DNA from: Balanoglossus misakiensis
Taxonomy: Eukaryota > Animalia > Hemichordata
Length of the DNA stretch: 64,000 nt
Assembly: GCA_040954595.2 (NCBI GenBank)
Contig: CM082578.2
Location: forward strand, 13,484,304-13,548,303
Direction of reading: 5' to 3'
Below are positions 41,701 to 55,134 of the stretch, one piece after another; position 1 is the first letter of the stretch; each line of letters opens with the position of its first letter. A model generated the notes under the pieces. It was not told the origin of the DNA. It searched no databases and saw nothing but the letters and a program-made list of their open reading frames with translations. The position numbers were made by a program, and so were the translations under genes.

Positions 41701-43472
41701 GCCATTTTTCATATTTTACAATTTTTTTCCATGTTTCTGAAGATAAACAAAATAAACCCATAAACTACTGCTAAATTTGGCAACCATTGCGTCATGGTTA
41801 CAGGTCAAGCTATTTACAGCAAAAGATAGGCAGCAGGCCACACTTATATCCTTTTCATCGCTAAAAGTATTTTCACATGTTTTTCCATGAGACAAAAAAC
41901 TCATTCTATTCATGCTCTATTGTGTCTTATGAGAAATTCATCGCAAACCTTTAACTTTGACATTTTTCATTGTTTTCTTATTAAACACATATAAAATGCT
42001 GTCTATTTCACTTCTCTTCTAAATTGTGATGATAGTTTACCAGTGGAAAGGTTGGCATTGGGTTCTATTGAACCTCTGAGTCTCTAGAATTTGTTTCGGA
42101 ACAATAGCTACTGTGTGTATACTAATGATTTTAAATATTTACAATAAATTTGTGTATTCCAGTACAAGTTAACAATGTAAAATAGTTTCAAAGGTCAACT
42201 ACCAAAGTTAGATGACCTGCCAAACCCAGTTAAAAGTCTACTGGTCGAAATTCTCTAATCATTTATGTATTTATTATGAAGCATGGTGTTCTTGCTTTCT
42301 CTCTGCCCTGATATGAAGGCATTTAAATGTTCTTTGCTGCTAGATGTTTTGTTTTCAAAATCCATGGTTCGTCGACTATGTAGTGTTCAGAACAATGAAG
42401 TCCTGAGTCTTGTCCTGTTATATTGTCAACATTCGCAAGTTCATGGTTATATCTAAAACATTTACACATTTTCTTACAAAGTTCACCAAAATATTTAAAA
42501 TAAAGTGACATGGATGAAATTTTGCCAAACGTTTTCCATATTAGTTTTTGCATGTAAATACTCATTGAAATTAGCAAACACAAGTTGCTGGACAGTTGGA
42601 ATGATGGTTTAGTGAAGGTTTAAAAAATGTGACATTGGTATACTGTCACCAATCCGAAGGGCGCCCTCCACACAAAACTGACACAAAGGTCAATATAGAT
42701 ACCGCCCTCTTTGGACGAGATAAAGTAAAGACTCAGATCTGTAGGAATGTGTGAAATGTACCCTTCAGCAATAAAGGTGTAACGTGAAAATAAGTTTTAA
42801 GTTCAAGTGATCCGAAAAAGATGTCAACGTGTTCTAAATGGTTACATACACGTCACAATGAATACGCGTGAAAGGAAGACATTTGATAGGCTCTGGTCTG
42901 CCCTGGAAGTTTCAGCTCTCCAAATTTTCTCTATGCATATCACTAGTTTACCATATTATGATATTCTAGTAGGCAAAAAGGTAACATTTACCAAAAATGC
43001 CTCAAGTACACCATTTTTATCCGCTTCTATTCTGCACAGTGCATAGCAAATGGAATAATTTAACCTCGCTGAAATATGGCGAGAGTGTCGGAGAGTATAG
43101 TTAGAAGCCAGGCCGGAGATAGAAAAAGGAAAGGGCTTTCTCAGGCTGAAATGATGGTCTCTTAGAATTAAAGCCTTTGTCGTGAGAGCTGTTCAAGAAA
43201 TCAGTAGAAGTTCACAATTGAATGCTATCTAGTATGTGAGGTGCGGTGCAAGTGCAATAGCGACAGAGCAAAAATTTATATGCTTGGTGTCTTGTCGTAT
43301 TCTGTGCAATGTCCATAAAACAGTATTTCACTCAAGGTAGACCAGAAGAAAACCTGCGCCCTTGCTAAAGCTTACTCTTTTGTACTAAACTTAAAGACTG
43401 CCCAATTTAAGCATGGGACTTGGAAATTTTAAATGCAAATATGAAGTTCGTAAGAAAACGAAGACCTCATCT

Positions 43473-46400
43473 TCAGTGGGATATTGGTCTGTTGCTTGGA
43501 GGTCCTTGCCAGGGTGCTTGGGCCGAGACACGGGAAGAGATGCTGGGATAGCTTGCCATACTTGACAAACTGGATAAACTGGAGATGCTGGAGTTTGATC
43601 CGACAACGGATGAAGGTGCGGAAAGCGTGGCGCTCAGAAGCGGCGAGGGATAGTACTGGGTGCCGTAGAAAGGCATGTTTGGCAGGTGGGCTTCGACTGT
43701 GCACGGCAACAGAGGCTGTTGGATCGTCATCCCGGTGGACAAGGGAAGTGGAATGTCGGGAATCTGCATGCCTTGCTGAATCAACGCCATGTCATTGACG
43801 GGTGCGAACTCTGTGCTGTTGGCGATGGCTGAGGCCAGCTGCATCGGGTTGATTGTTAAAGGTACGAAGCCCGAACCGGAAGGATGGAGAGCAAATACAG
43901 GTACACCAGCGGCCAGCGCTGGGTGTATAGAGGACACGTAAGCGTAACCCGCCGAGGCGCGACGACTCGCCATGTTCTTCTCTGTGTCAGCTTTACGTGT
44001 TTCACCGCTTGGTGATTTGACTTCAATTATGACTGCAGTGTTAAGATTATCTGCCCTCGGTACTGAAGATTTACCGTTAGAAGAAGCGTCACAGTTAGTC
44101 CTTCCTTTGTGTCCTGCTGAGTAACGGTGTCTGTTTTCGTGTCCTTTGCTATTTTCTTTACATTCACCGTTACCCGTCTGTTCATGGAATTCTTCTACTT
44201 GAAATTTAACGGCATGAACGCAGTCACGTTTCTTGAGGGGTAATTTCCAACTGTTGTGAACTGACAAACCTTTGTCTGTGTTGAGGTTTTCTCGCGATTT
44301 CGATAGTTGACATGTACTCTCGAGTCGTACGGGTGGCATCTTGTCGGCGGAAACCGCGACGGCGTCTTCGGCCAATTTCGGTCTATCCACCACAGCCGCG
44401 GTAACTGGGTCTACTTTAGGACTGTCTTGTGGATACGATGGCTTAACACCTAGCATTGAGTGGTGGGCGTTGTCACAGAAGTCCGGGCGAGATGATTTCA
44501 TTTCGTCCTTCTCAAATTCACGGTCTGAAAGAATGGTGGAAATTGCATTTGTAATTGATCATCCGAGTTGCTGTAGAGTTCTAGTATACAAACGGGGCTT
44601 TTTCTAGTACCGACTTGTGTTATATATGTCCAAGATGACCGCAGCCTGAACCTTCAACTCAACTTACCTGTTCGCGTACAAACCCAATTAGGCAAATGAT
44701 TGACATTTCTGAGCCAGCTCGGACTACGTTCGTCGATGTTTTCTTTCTTCGTCTGGTAGTCAGAAACCCCACTGTTACATTCTACAGATGTATTCTGGCG
44801 TGCGTCAGCATTTTCCAAGTCATCGACTTTCTCTTGTTTAATTTCTATTTGGGACCCTAAAATGTACAGACGAAATAGAATTAAGGGAAATTTAATTATG
44901 GTAAAATGATTTGCTATACAGTCAACTAGAATAAGGAGACGCAATACTTTTTCCCATTTCATTGCTTTCGTTTATTCGTGCATTTCGGATCAAACACCGT
45001 TTGGACTTGGCGAGTCATTTTCAGTTGATAAAAATGACATGATTGATCACAGAGAGTCACTCTCACAAACTTGGACAATTGCCTCCTTCAACCCCCCCCC
45101 CTCCAGTTAATGAAGCCCCCCCCCCCAGCACGCGCCTTTACCAATTACTGACAAAGCCATCGCATAACTGTCAAGCGAACTAAGTTATGAACTTACGGCC
45201 GACGAACTCTGAACACTGTTAAGTGTGAACAGAGTTCAACATACAAACAAGTCGCCATCTCCCTATCCGACGTGTGAAGGCAACACGAAATAAACACAAA
45301 CACGGGTCAAAGTACCCATCGCGAATTGCCGTAACCAATGACAGAAAACCTCAGTAATACATGACGTCACCGCCCGTACTGGGTGCTACCACCCACCGAG
45401 AGTTAAAGTACTACTGCAACCTGTAGCAAACAATGACATGTCAAGTGATTCGCACGTGCAACAAGCCTTGTGCAGATAAGATCCCCTATGAAATACACGA
45501 CAAAGCAAATAGTCCAATCACTGACAAGTGGACACCTGTTCGACGGCGGGGGCGCCCGTCACCAAGGTTACTTCGCCAGAAAGATCAAGATCGATAGAGT
45601 ACCCAAATCTTACAAAAGTGCACCGGTTGTGTTTGTGCTGTGGTCATACAGTACCTGAGTAACACCGATGACAGCTGAGAAATGTAACGCATACTTTAGG
45701 AGCTACTTATCGCCGATATCAACTTTGTGGTACAGTGCAAGCTAATCAGAACATATACTAACTGATACCGCTAATCGGCTTCCATTGAGAAGGTCTCGAG
45801 AATAGTAAACTTTAATCCCCGCTATATCTTGTAAAACGTGACCATTCCTCTGGCGCGGTTAGCGACACTGATACACCTAACTCTGACGTAGTGCATTTTG
45901 AATGCGGCGTTTTGTTCCAACTTTGGTTCATATTCTTGGGCCTATCGAAACAGATCATCTCTCTCTCTCTTTCTACATCTGTATGTCTGTGTGTATCTTT
46001 CTATGTATGTCTCTCTGTGTCTGTCTCTCCCCGTCTCTGTCCTCTCTCTTCGTTAATTTGCCTCATCCCACGTTGTAAGATAACTGAACTTTAAGTCTGT
46101 ACTAAATACTGTCCTGGTCGGATCCGAACTGACTAAATATCTGAGCAGAGATACGTAGCGGTAAACATGTGAAAAATGTTATCATCATGTCCAACCAACC
46201 ACTCAGCCGGGTTATCTAACCACTTGACGGTTTTATTTACAGAACGTACCTCCAGTCCCGGCCCCCAAAATACTAAAAAAAAGTGTAAAAAGTAAGTGTT
46301 GAGTGTGACGGATGCAAAGATCCACGTGACAGCCTCCAAGTTCGGTTTCAAGGATTGAACTCGGGTCGGGAAGACAACATGGCAAGTCTTGGAGTGAATG

Positions 46401-49400
46401 ATTGTGCTCATATATGACCTTTCACCTTTATTCAAATTCTATCACGATATAAGCGGGTTTTAGTGTTTCAGTGTCTCTGGCAAATTGAGAAACATTTAAT
46501 TTGTTCAATTCGGTTCTGATCTATATTATCCATCAAGCCAAAGCAAAGTGAAATTTTCATGCATGTATTACTTTGTATTCAACACCAAGATTTTGTGGAG
46601 TCGTTTGCACCACCTGACGATAGTCACGTTCCATGTCTCATTGGCGATAATCACTGAGGAATGCCACGGAAGATTTATCGATAAGATAAGATTATGGCTG
46701 ATATGCGGTCTAACACGTCCACCTTTTTGTTTCGCGACAGAGCAGTCAAAGCCTGGACACTGGGCATGCGCACCGCTCCCTTCTGTAGACACTCAATAAC
46801 GACACGCCATCTGCATGAGTATGCCGACATGACTGCGAGCACGTGTCGCACCCGACCCCCGAATCGAGGACTGAAATCTTGAAGGCAGATCAAAGTCTGC
46901 ACGGTTACATCATCCTAAGTCCAAACGGTATTTCCTCTAATCCGTTTATCAATGGCTGTACAAAGTTGAGCCTCTTCCTCGTCTCATCCAAAGTCAATGA
47001 CATTTACAACCGGTCCAAATCACAAACACATTCCAATGGAATTATTTCGGAGATGCCAATCGATCTGCCTGACGCCGGTGGAGGCCGTCGCACGTACGGA
47101 TAAAGGCACATGCAACTTTTCTTTCAAATCTGGACAGGGCTTTAGTATGAAGCAACGTTTGCCTCTATACTTGTCCCAAATCACTGCTCTGACAGGTTCA
47201 GTCATAAGTTTTACAACACAAATATGTGTAAATCGCGGCTCCAACTTAAATTTGATCGAAATAAGACAATGTGACATGTAAACGTGAATATACTGCGAAA
47301 GAAGGTGAAATGGGGATTTTTTTCTGAACTGTGAGCACATTTTCTTGTCTGTCCGACATTCTTCCCGATTCAAAATCAGACAATTTATGTTTTGGTGGGC
47401 GGAGAGTGTCGTTTGCTGAGCTCTCTTTTAAAACAAGTAACTTTTGAAGTTTGAATAACCGCAATCGATTTGCGGGAGATGGTAGAGATACGACATACAT
47501 GTACACTGTACGTAAGTGTACATATGCACAAACCGTAAAATTACAGGTTGTCTTTTGCAAGTCAAGGCATCCAGCCGGTCTGGGACACAAAAACTTATAA
47601 AAACATGTTAGCTTCTATATAACGTGAACTCCTTTGCATATGCAGTCTTTTATGATGGCGTTGCTAAGATACCGAGGTCTCATTTTCCCCACCTCATATT
47701 TGCAATGCATCACGGGACTACAAATGAATCTACCGCAAAAAACAGAAATGAAATCGCAGTATTTACCTAGGGAGTGTTGTCGACATGACTGCAGTTGTCT
47801 CAAATGTTCCACAGCTTGTTGTAAAATTTCCGCTTTTTCTAACTTTCCCTGCAAACAAACAAACAAACATAAGAAATGCTTCATTATATCTGGCGGAAAG
47901 GGTTGGGTAGACCTAATGGGGGGGGGGGGGGGTCGAGGTGTTGTGGACACTGCTGCACCACTTGGACTCATGTGATTGTAGCCAACCTTTGTGCGCTTGT
48001 CTACGTCATTACATTAGTGGTACTTCACCTCTTCGCCTCGACCACCTGACGAGTGGGCAATAATTTCTGTAACCTCGATAACTCCGTACCACCACGAGTA
48101 AGCGTACTGAGAACACGGCGACGTGGGATGGCACGTACGCAGCTGTTCAGTTTCCCACTCTGTCAAATATCGCTGCCCATCTTGTCAAAAATGTCAATTG
48201 AAAGGAGGACAGCCGAATTCTCAGAAGATCGATGTTAAGTTTAGTCATTACTACAAATATAGCTGTGGTTGTTGTTAGATGATTTTGTTTTCTGCCTGTT
48301 TGAGTAGACCACAATTTTCACAGTTCTTGACAAAAATTAATTTAGCATTTCAGATGTGTCCGTACTGTTCGATGTATTTTGAGATATGTGAACAAATGAT
48401 GCCAGAACGTGTTACGATAATGACATTAAAAGTTTACGGGAGGGCGAACGGATGACTGTGGTAAGTCTTCGTCTAGGTAATTCACCCTTGTAGCGTGTTA
48501 TCCTTGAACCAGATGGCACGAGGATAAAGTCAAACTTCCTCTGGTAATTAAACGATGAAAACAGCGTACTTGCCCGAGTTGAAGGCGCCTTTTTATTCAT
48601 TATCACGTAAAATGCAATCTTAATTGCAGGGAAGCCGCTTCCCCTGCAGAAAAGGCTGGAAGTTCACGGACGAGTGCCAGTGCACGACAACTTGGGGGGA
48701 TACGCAACAGAACCAACTCTGGAATTTGCATTGATATGTTGACATGCGCAGTTTACCTTTCTATTTGATGTCGACGGAACGAGTCGGCTGAGTTCATTCA
48801 GGCATCGATTAATCCGATCTCTTCTTCTCTTCTCGATAATTCTATGGGAGATCGATTCCTGTAAAGCGAGTCCAACGTTAGCCAAATTCTAGTCACATAT
48901 TTTTGCTAAAATCTCACCCGCGTACCAAAAAAAATAAACTTTAAAAATCTTGAAAGTTTTAGTCTTACCTTCGTCCTTTTGGCAAGTATATAATCAGCAG
49001 CTGAGATTTGATCAGCTTTGTCATAGTCGGACGACCTGGATAAAAAAAATTGGAAATACTCTTCAGTTAATTATGTCATAGAACCTGTTCGCATATTATA
49101 AGTACAAATCGGTGGCATGCGCTATACCTTTGGACGGCGCGACGACGACACGAACGTGCAGGGTGCATCTCGCAACTAGGCTCAAACGAAATGAGCCACT
49201 CTTGACGTAATAAACAAGGCGAGTCAGGTGCTAGGAGCCCACACGTAGGAATAAACACACCTGTGATGTCTATGGGTCGTGATGTATAGGCGTTGCGTGA
49301 CTCGACCGGACCTAGTTTCTGCGGTTTCGGGTGAGTGACACGCCTCCGTCAAACGGGAGGCCAAGCACACGGAAGATCAAAATACGAAACCATATCACAC

Positions 49401-49591
49401 TAATAAAACTTTATACAAACTTAGTAAACAATCTGTTGTTAGAAGGAAATGTTATTTTTTTATTTAAAGAGAAAGATATACAAAGCTATTGAAATATCAT
49501 GCGACCAAGGCCTGACAAGTAAACTGGTGACGTTTGGAGGGCAATGACAATTGCCACTTAAACAGCAAAGGTTTCATTGTGTCACTCACAT
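43473..49591 (-). CDS. cwo: Hairy/E(spl)-related bHLH transcription factor, clockwork orange/HELT/DEC-like; exons (49590-49591 tentative), 48969-49035, 48757-48858, 47767-47848, 44668-44856, 43473-44524
   Basis: The bHLH reads [26 protein letters not shown]...[19 protein letters not shown]. The C-terminal [18 protein letters not shown] resembles the conserved cwo PIFALH..G..YVPL box. There is no terminal WRPW. Internal junctions are phase-consistent. The 5' end is uncertain. The bHLH call is firm and the cwo orthology is moderate. Confidence 0.8.
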
Positions 49592-52500
49592 CAAACCGCC
49601 ATGTTTGTCCTCTGGCGGAGAGTGTATTTTCTCGTTTTTATTCTCGTCATTGATATAGTGAAGAACATTACTATTTTCGGAGGTTTTCAGGATTAAACGA
49701 TCTTTATACCGTTGTCATTTTCCAGAAATGGTTTCTTTTTACATACTTTAAGAAGTACATTAGCAATTATTTTCGTCTAATCTAATTTGTCTGTCTGTCT
49801 TTATCCCTCCCCTCCCCCCCCCCCTCCTTCCTCCCTCACTCCCCGGCATTCCAAACTCTTAAAGAAGATAAACGGCTAATGCTTCAACTGACCGATTACT
49901 TCCATTAGAATTCGCATTTGAACCGGGAAAATCACACATAAACACTTATTTGCTATTGACGCGTCTATTTCGGTAATCCTGACGAAGTTCTCTATAAGTT
50001 GCTTTCGGAGGCTCAAGAAACCGAATGTGTTGAGCGATAGATGGTATGTGTACTGTTTAACGCGAGCAGGAATTCTACCAACTATAAGTTAACGAACAGC
50101 ATTGATGAAATAATTATTAAAATGTGTAATACTCACTGTTCCAGTTTTATTTTCTTCGGCCGTGGGCCTTCGTCAATCTGGTCTGTGTGCTGTCTGTCTT
50201 TCATCTTGGCTGAAAGAGAGTCGTAAATGAAAACTAGCAATAACTACTGGACTGAACTAGATCTGAACGTGGTGGTCGTTGCCCTCCTTCCGACCACCTG
50301 TTGCGTCGCTTGTCAAATAACTTGTGGACCGAATGCAAGGTCCATGCGTTTATCACTGAGTCCTTCGTGTGTCTACCCAGTGTTTCGTCACCGCCTGGTA
50401 CATCAGTTACAGATGGATTAATGCTATAGTCACTGATGTCACGCGACAAGAATAGCTCACGTGCGGCAAGCCTCATATTCCGATTTTGGCGTAAATAAAG
50501 TTTAAAATTAGTCCTGGTTAGAACCAGGTGATACCATTGGTTATTCAGGGGAGGCCACTCAAATAGAAGTAAATCTTTTCATACTTCTAGGGCTTTTACG
50601 TCCCCCTGAAACAGTGATGAATTTCTGCGATGATCGTGTTTTCGATTGTGCGATGCTGAATGGAATAACGCAGCATGAAAATCTATAAACTACATCGGAA
50701 AATCGTTCACATTATGGATTACATCCTTCTATAAAATAGATCAATCCTACGGTAACCTTTGCCCGAGTTAATTGTCAACCCTGTTTATAGACGCAATCCA
50801 TTCATTATGGCATATTTACCGCCGTGTGCCTGCTCCGCACTATCGGAAGAGTATAAAAATCCCTCAGCGTATTCCGGATATGTTTAAATGATCTTTGACC
50901 TTGAGATAATAATTCCTCTTTTCGGATCACTCACTTCTGTCTGAACCAACTGAGAAAATCCCACCGCAGAACATGCGTCTCCAATTCCGATGTTCGACGT
51001 CGATGGGGCGTTCGTGCAAGATGTCATTTCGCACAAAGTAGGACGCCGAGTCAACAATTTATGGCAGGCGGGCCAGCGGACGTAATAAGCACGACTAAGA
51101 AATTCCAGTTTATTACTGCAAAAGTCGAATAAGTTTTCTGTGACTGGAGTATAGTGCCAATCATATTGACCAAAGAAAATATCAATAAAACAAGTTTCCC
51201 GTTATTGAAACCTGCTTGGGAGTTGTTGCCGAAACTGACTGTGTACACTTAACTTTGTACCAGTTTTGAACGAGGCTTATAAAACAGACATCGTTGAAAT
51301 CGCAAATTTCAATCTGTTCATCTTGGTTGGCATTTTATCATACAATTTCGTGTGATTAATTGAATAGTGACTCTTTGCTGTACTGTCGAAATCAACGAGG
51401 TTAACCTTACGTAATAGACCAAATATTCTAGTAATGGTTTGTCTGGCGTACAGTGAAGAACCCTTCCGTTCTTCCTCTATTGTACCGTCATCACATTCGT
51501 GAGTTCGTCTTCAGAAATATTCGCTGATAAGTGTGGGTCTGCGGATTCCAAAAATATCCAGAATAAAATGGCATAGCGCAAAGCCTATAACCTTCTAAAC
51601 GAACTTTAGCGTGAAGTATCGAATGATGTACTGCAAATATGCAAGTAACAAGGTTTAGGTGACAAAAATGGGAAACGCAACAACTTTTCTTATTTTAAAG
51701 TTCTGATAGCGGTAAGTTGATTAATCATGACGTATTTGCAAAGTCTATAGTCAGTTTCATTTCTACATTTCGATGAGCCTATGGGGCACATGAGGTTCAT
51801 ACGTTGTCAAATGTAAATTGCCGACCACTATTTTTAGCATAGTCATCTTTAACAGTTCCCCTACCTCTCTACTCTTAAACTTTGCCATACATCAATTGTT
51901 GATTAAAAACACCCTGAAATCAGTGATACATTTTTCATCATTGGTAACTGTCAATGTTTGAAGTGCGTGACGGGATACACGATGTACTTGCGTAAGGTTA
52001 ACATCAGCGGTAAGTGGTGTCAAAGGTCAAGCGAGACTGACCCTTGATTGACATTTGGGTTTTATCTTTAGACTTCGTCAGGCCAGCATTCATACCAATG
52101 TCGAATGCAGGTAGTCAATGGCACCCTAACTTGGTTTTGTTCTGTTACCACGGTGCGGCCGAACGGGGTTTTATCAGTGAAATGCCTTCTGCAATTTATA
52201 ACCAACGTCGTACCGCGGCAACAGCTGTAACGTGGTTAAGTTCTGTATCATTAAAGATGTAACTTTTGGTCCCTTGCTTACAAAGGCCCAAGGTTCGGTT
52301 CCCGCGCACTTTTTGTTCTACTCACTAAAATATGCCTCAGTTGTCAACCGTAACATTGCTGGTAAAGTATTTTTTTCTCAATCACGAACCAAAAAAAAGC
52401 TTATTTTAATAAGTACCGCGTGTTATCTGGGTTATAAACTCCAACTGCCAGTTTATTACCGATCATTATTTTTGTAGCTACGTTTTCTTGGCAACATATT

Positions 52501-54497
52501 ACTTTTATGCGTCTATCAACTCACGTGCGTTTTGATAGAGTCATCATGTTGATATAAAGGTACTAGTCACTGCCGAGTGCGTGGCCTTGTCAATATGTAC
52601 AGTTTAAAAATATCTAGATGCGGCCTCTAAACTTTATCGTCAGAAAAAGCTTTCTCGCGTTTACTCCGTCTAGTTTAGGTTAATCCGTAATTAACTCTCT
52701 CTGTTGTATAATCATACGTCTGTCCATACGAAATTGTATCCCTATACTGTTCTCTCCCTCTCCTTCTTATTCCTCCTCCCTCTCCCCCCCCTCTCTCTCT
52801 CTCTCCCTCCCCCTCTGACTTTCCCTCTGGAGAGAAATATCTAACCATTCTTGATTCTAAATAACTTTTCCATCGTCATTGTCGCAGATATTACTAATTT
52901 ACATTGTGAAATTCTGCTTTCAAATATTAAAATATTAAATATGCCAGTTTTGTGCAGAAGTAATGCTCAGTATAGTTAGAATTAATGATTTCCATTGTTA
53001 CAACCGTACCCAACTGCGACTGAGTTAAGACAGCGACTTTGATGAACTACTCGCATTCCCTGGAATCTTCTAGCTACTAAATCCAAGTTATAATGTTTGA
53101 GTCAAACTTTAATGAACAGATATAACGGGAAAGAATCCATTCCCACGCACAACATTGTGATGACGTTGTCCCGGGAGTGCGTCACGCGCGCGCGGCCTTT
53201 GTGAATGAAGATTCTGCAAGGTTGGTCAGGGTATATCAATATCATAACACTTTTATTACCCAAAGTTTTAGTTTCCAACAAACATTGCTTTGCCTTGAAC
53301 GTAACAAGGTCATCGTTTGTGAAAGAACCTAAACTACCGGGGAATATTTTGATGTCTATCAGTTCCTGGACTCGAATCTAAAACATGTTTTTCTCAACTA
53401 CCAAAGCTGAATGCCAATTCGTATAATAGGCTTCAAGTTGAGCCGATATGTTTACGAAGATAGTCGAAGTTATTAAATGCAGAAATCAAAGAGATACAGG
53501 CTTCCTCTCAGATAAAATAGATAAACGTTGAAGGTAATATTAACTGTGGTGTATGATATAGACTGAGATGATTAATAATGACAATACAACTCTTACCTTG
53601 ACGTAAGAAATAACTCTCCTGCGTCTTCTCCGTTGGAAATGTCTTGAACAGAGACAAACCAATGTCTAAATGCAGTTATCCTCCAAACACGTCAACACAC
53701 TGAAGTCCCCGGATGTACCCTATGAAGTTGTGAAATACCGTCCATAAATTATAAAAATCAGACAAACAAGTAAACTAATACTTCCGCTATTCTGAGCGAT
53801 GTCGTGTGAAATAGGTTAGAGTTATCAAGAAAGTCAGTCCTGTTTTCATGTTAAGGGCAGACAGCCGCTTACAATTCGTTCAGACTTTTAAATTGCATTC
53901 ACCCAAGATTATTATTCATTCTCGCTTTTCTTGTGGTAGAGAGTGTCTGCCCACAATGAATATTCCAAATAAATTGAGTGTTATTATGATATGCGCGGTT
54001 TGTAGTTTTTATAGATACGATTTGAAAGGCACGCTATGTCACTTCAACGACACATCAGCCACGTGTCTCCGGGACTATCGTCGTCACCTGTCGAAATTGT
54101 TTGTGGTGATCGGAAATCGTTAATCATGTGCACGTGGTCAAGTCATTCATTCTGTATAAACACTTAACTGTGCACCTCTTTCCTGAAAAATATCTTGCCT
54201 GAAAATTTGTATTAACATCACGATTTTTCTCTGTACTCAATTCCTTACATTTTCAGCCTATCACAGTTCGGAGTGAAGTCAATACGATAAACGTTTCCGT
54301 CAGCGTTGGTACTCTTTTTTTCTGATAAACAAACCGTTGCTGTGTCCTGTCAACATCGGTTTGAAGGAAAACTAACTTCAAAAACATAAATTATGAATTT
54401 GCTCAGTTCTCAAAGGAGCACTTGTCTATTGTATACGACATACATCCCTGCACCGTTAGTGTGACTGAGTCCGTACACATATTGATACCCTCACGTG
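45453..54497. promoter_or_regulatory. Cluster of eight CACGTG E-boxes within and upstream of the bHLH gene
   Basis: CACGTG found by eye at 45453, 46323, 46840, 50458, 52522, 54060, 54131 and 54492. Confidence 0.5.
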
Positions 54498-55134
54498 ATG
54501 ACCTGACCTGTCTGAATGGAATGGGTGTTTTTTTTCATAATCCATATGCATGCTTTATGAAAGCAGCAGCTGTGCCAGGCCGTTTACATTTACTGATTTG
54601 CTGAGGCCATCGCCATATCTACATTTGTTATGCATGAATTTAACATATCTATTCTCGTACAATATGCAAAGTGTTAATTAATGCGTGTTTCCAGATGCGC
54701 CCCATTGCTTGGAGTGCCCATTCTTACAGTTGCCTTCAGGAAACACTTCCAAAGGCACAAGTAAGAAGGGCCGAGTTCTGTTTAATTGGAAATTATCAAA
54801 AAGAGAAAAGATGGTTTAACTTATGTCAAGTGCAATGACGTATTATAATGACAGAAGCTGCATAGAACTCTGCAATGAATGGAATTCGGTCGGCGTTAAC
54901 TCATGACAAGCTTGGATTAAGAATTACGTTCTAATTTGTTGACCATCTTACTGTACAATCCATGAAATTGTTTTGCTCGAATAATTGTTTGTTTCGTGTC
55001 GGTAAACAAAAATTTCCCGTAAATGTCCCAAATCCGAGGCCGTGTACTTCCATCCATCTCATCACTTTGATACGACACATATTTTCTCTTTTTGGTCCAC
55101 GTACCTCCTGGGCGTGTATCGTTGTCTGTGTGTG

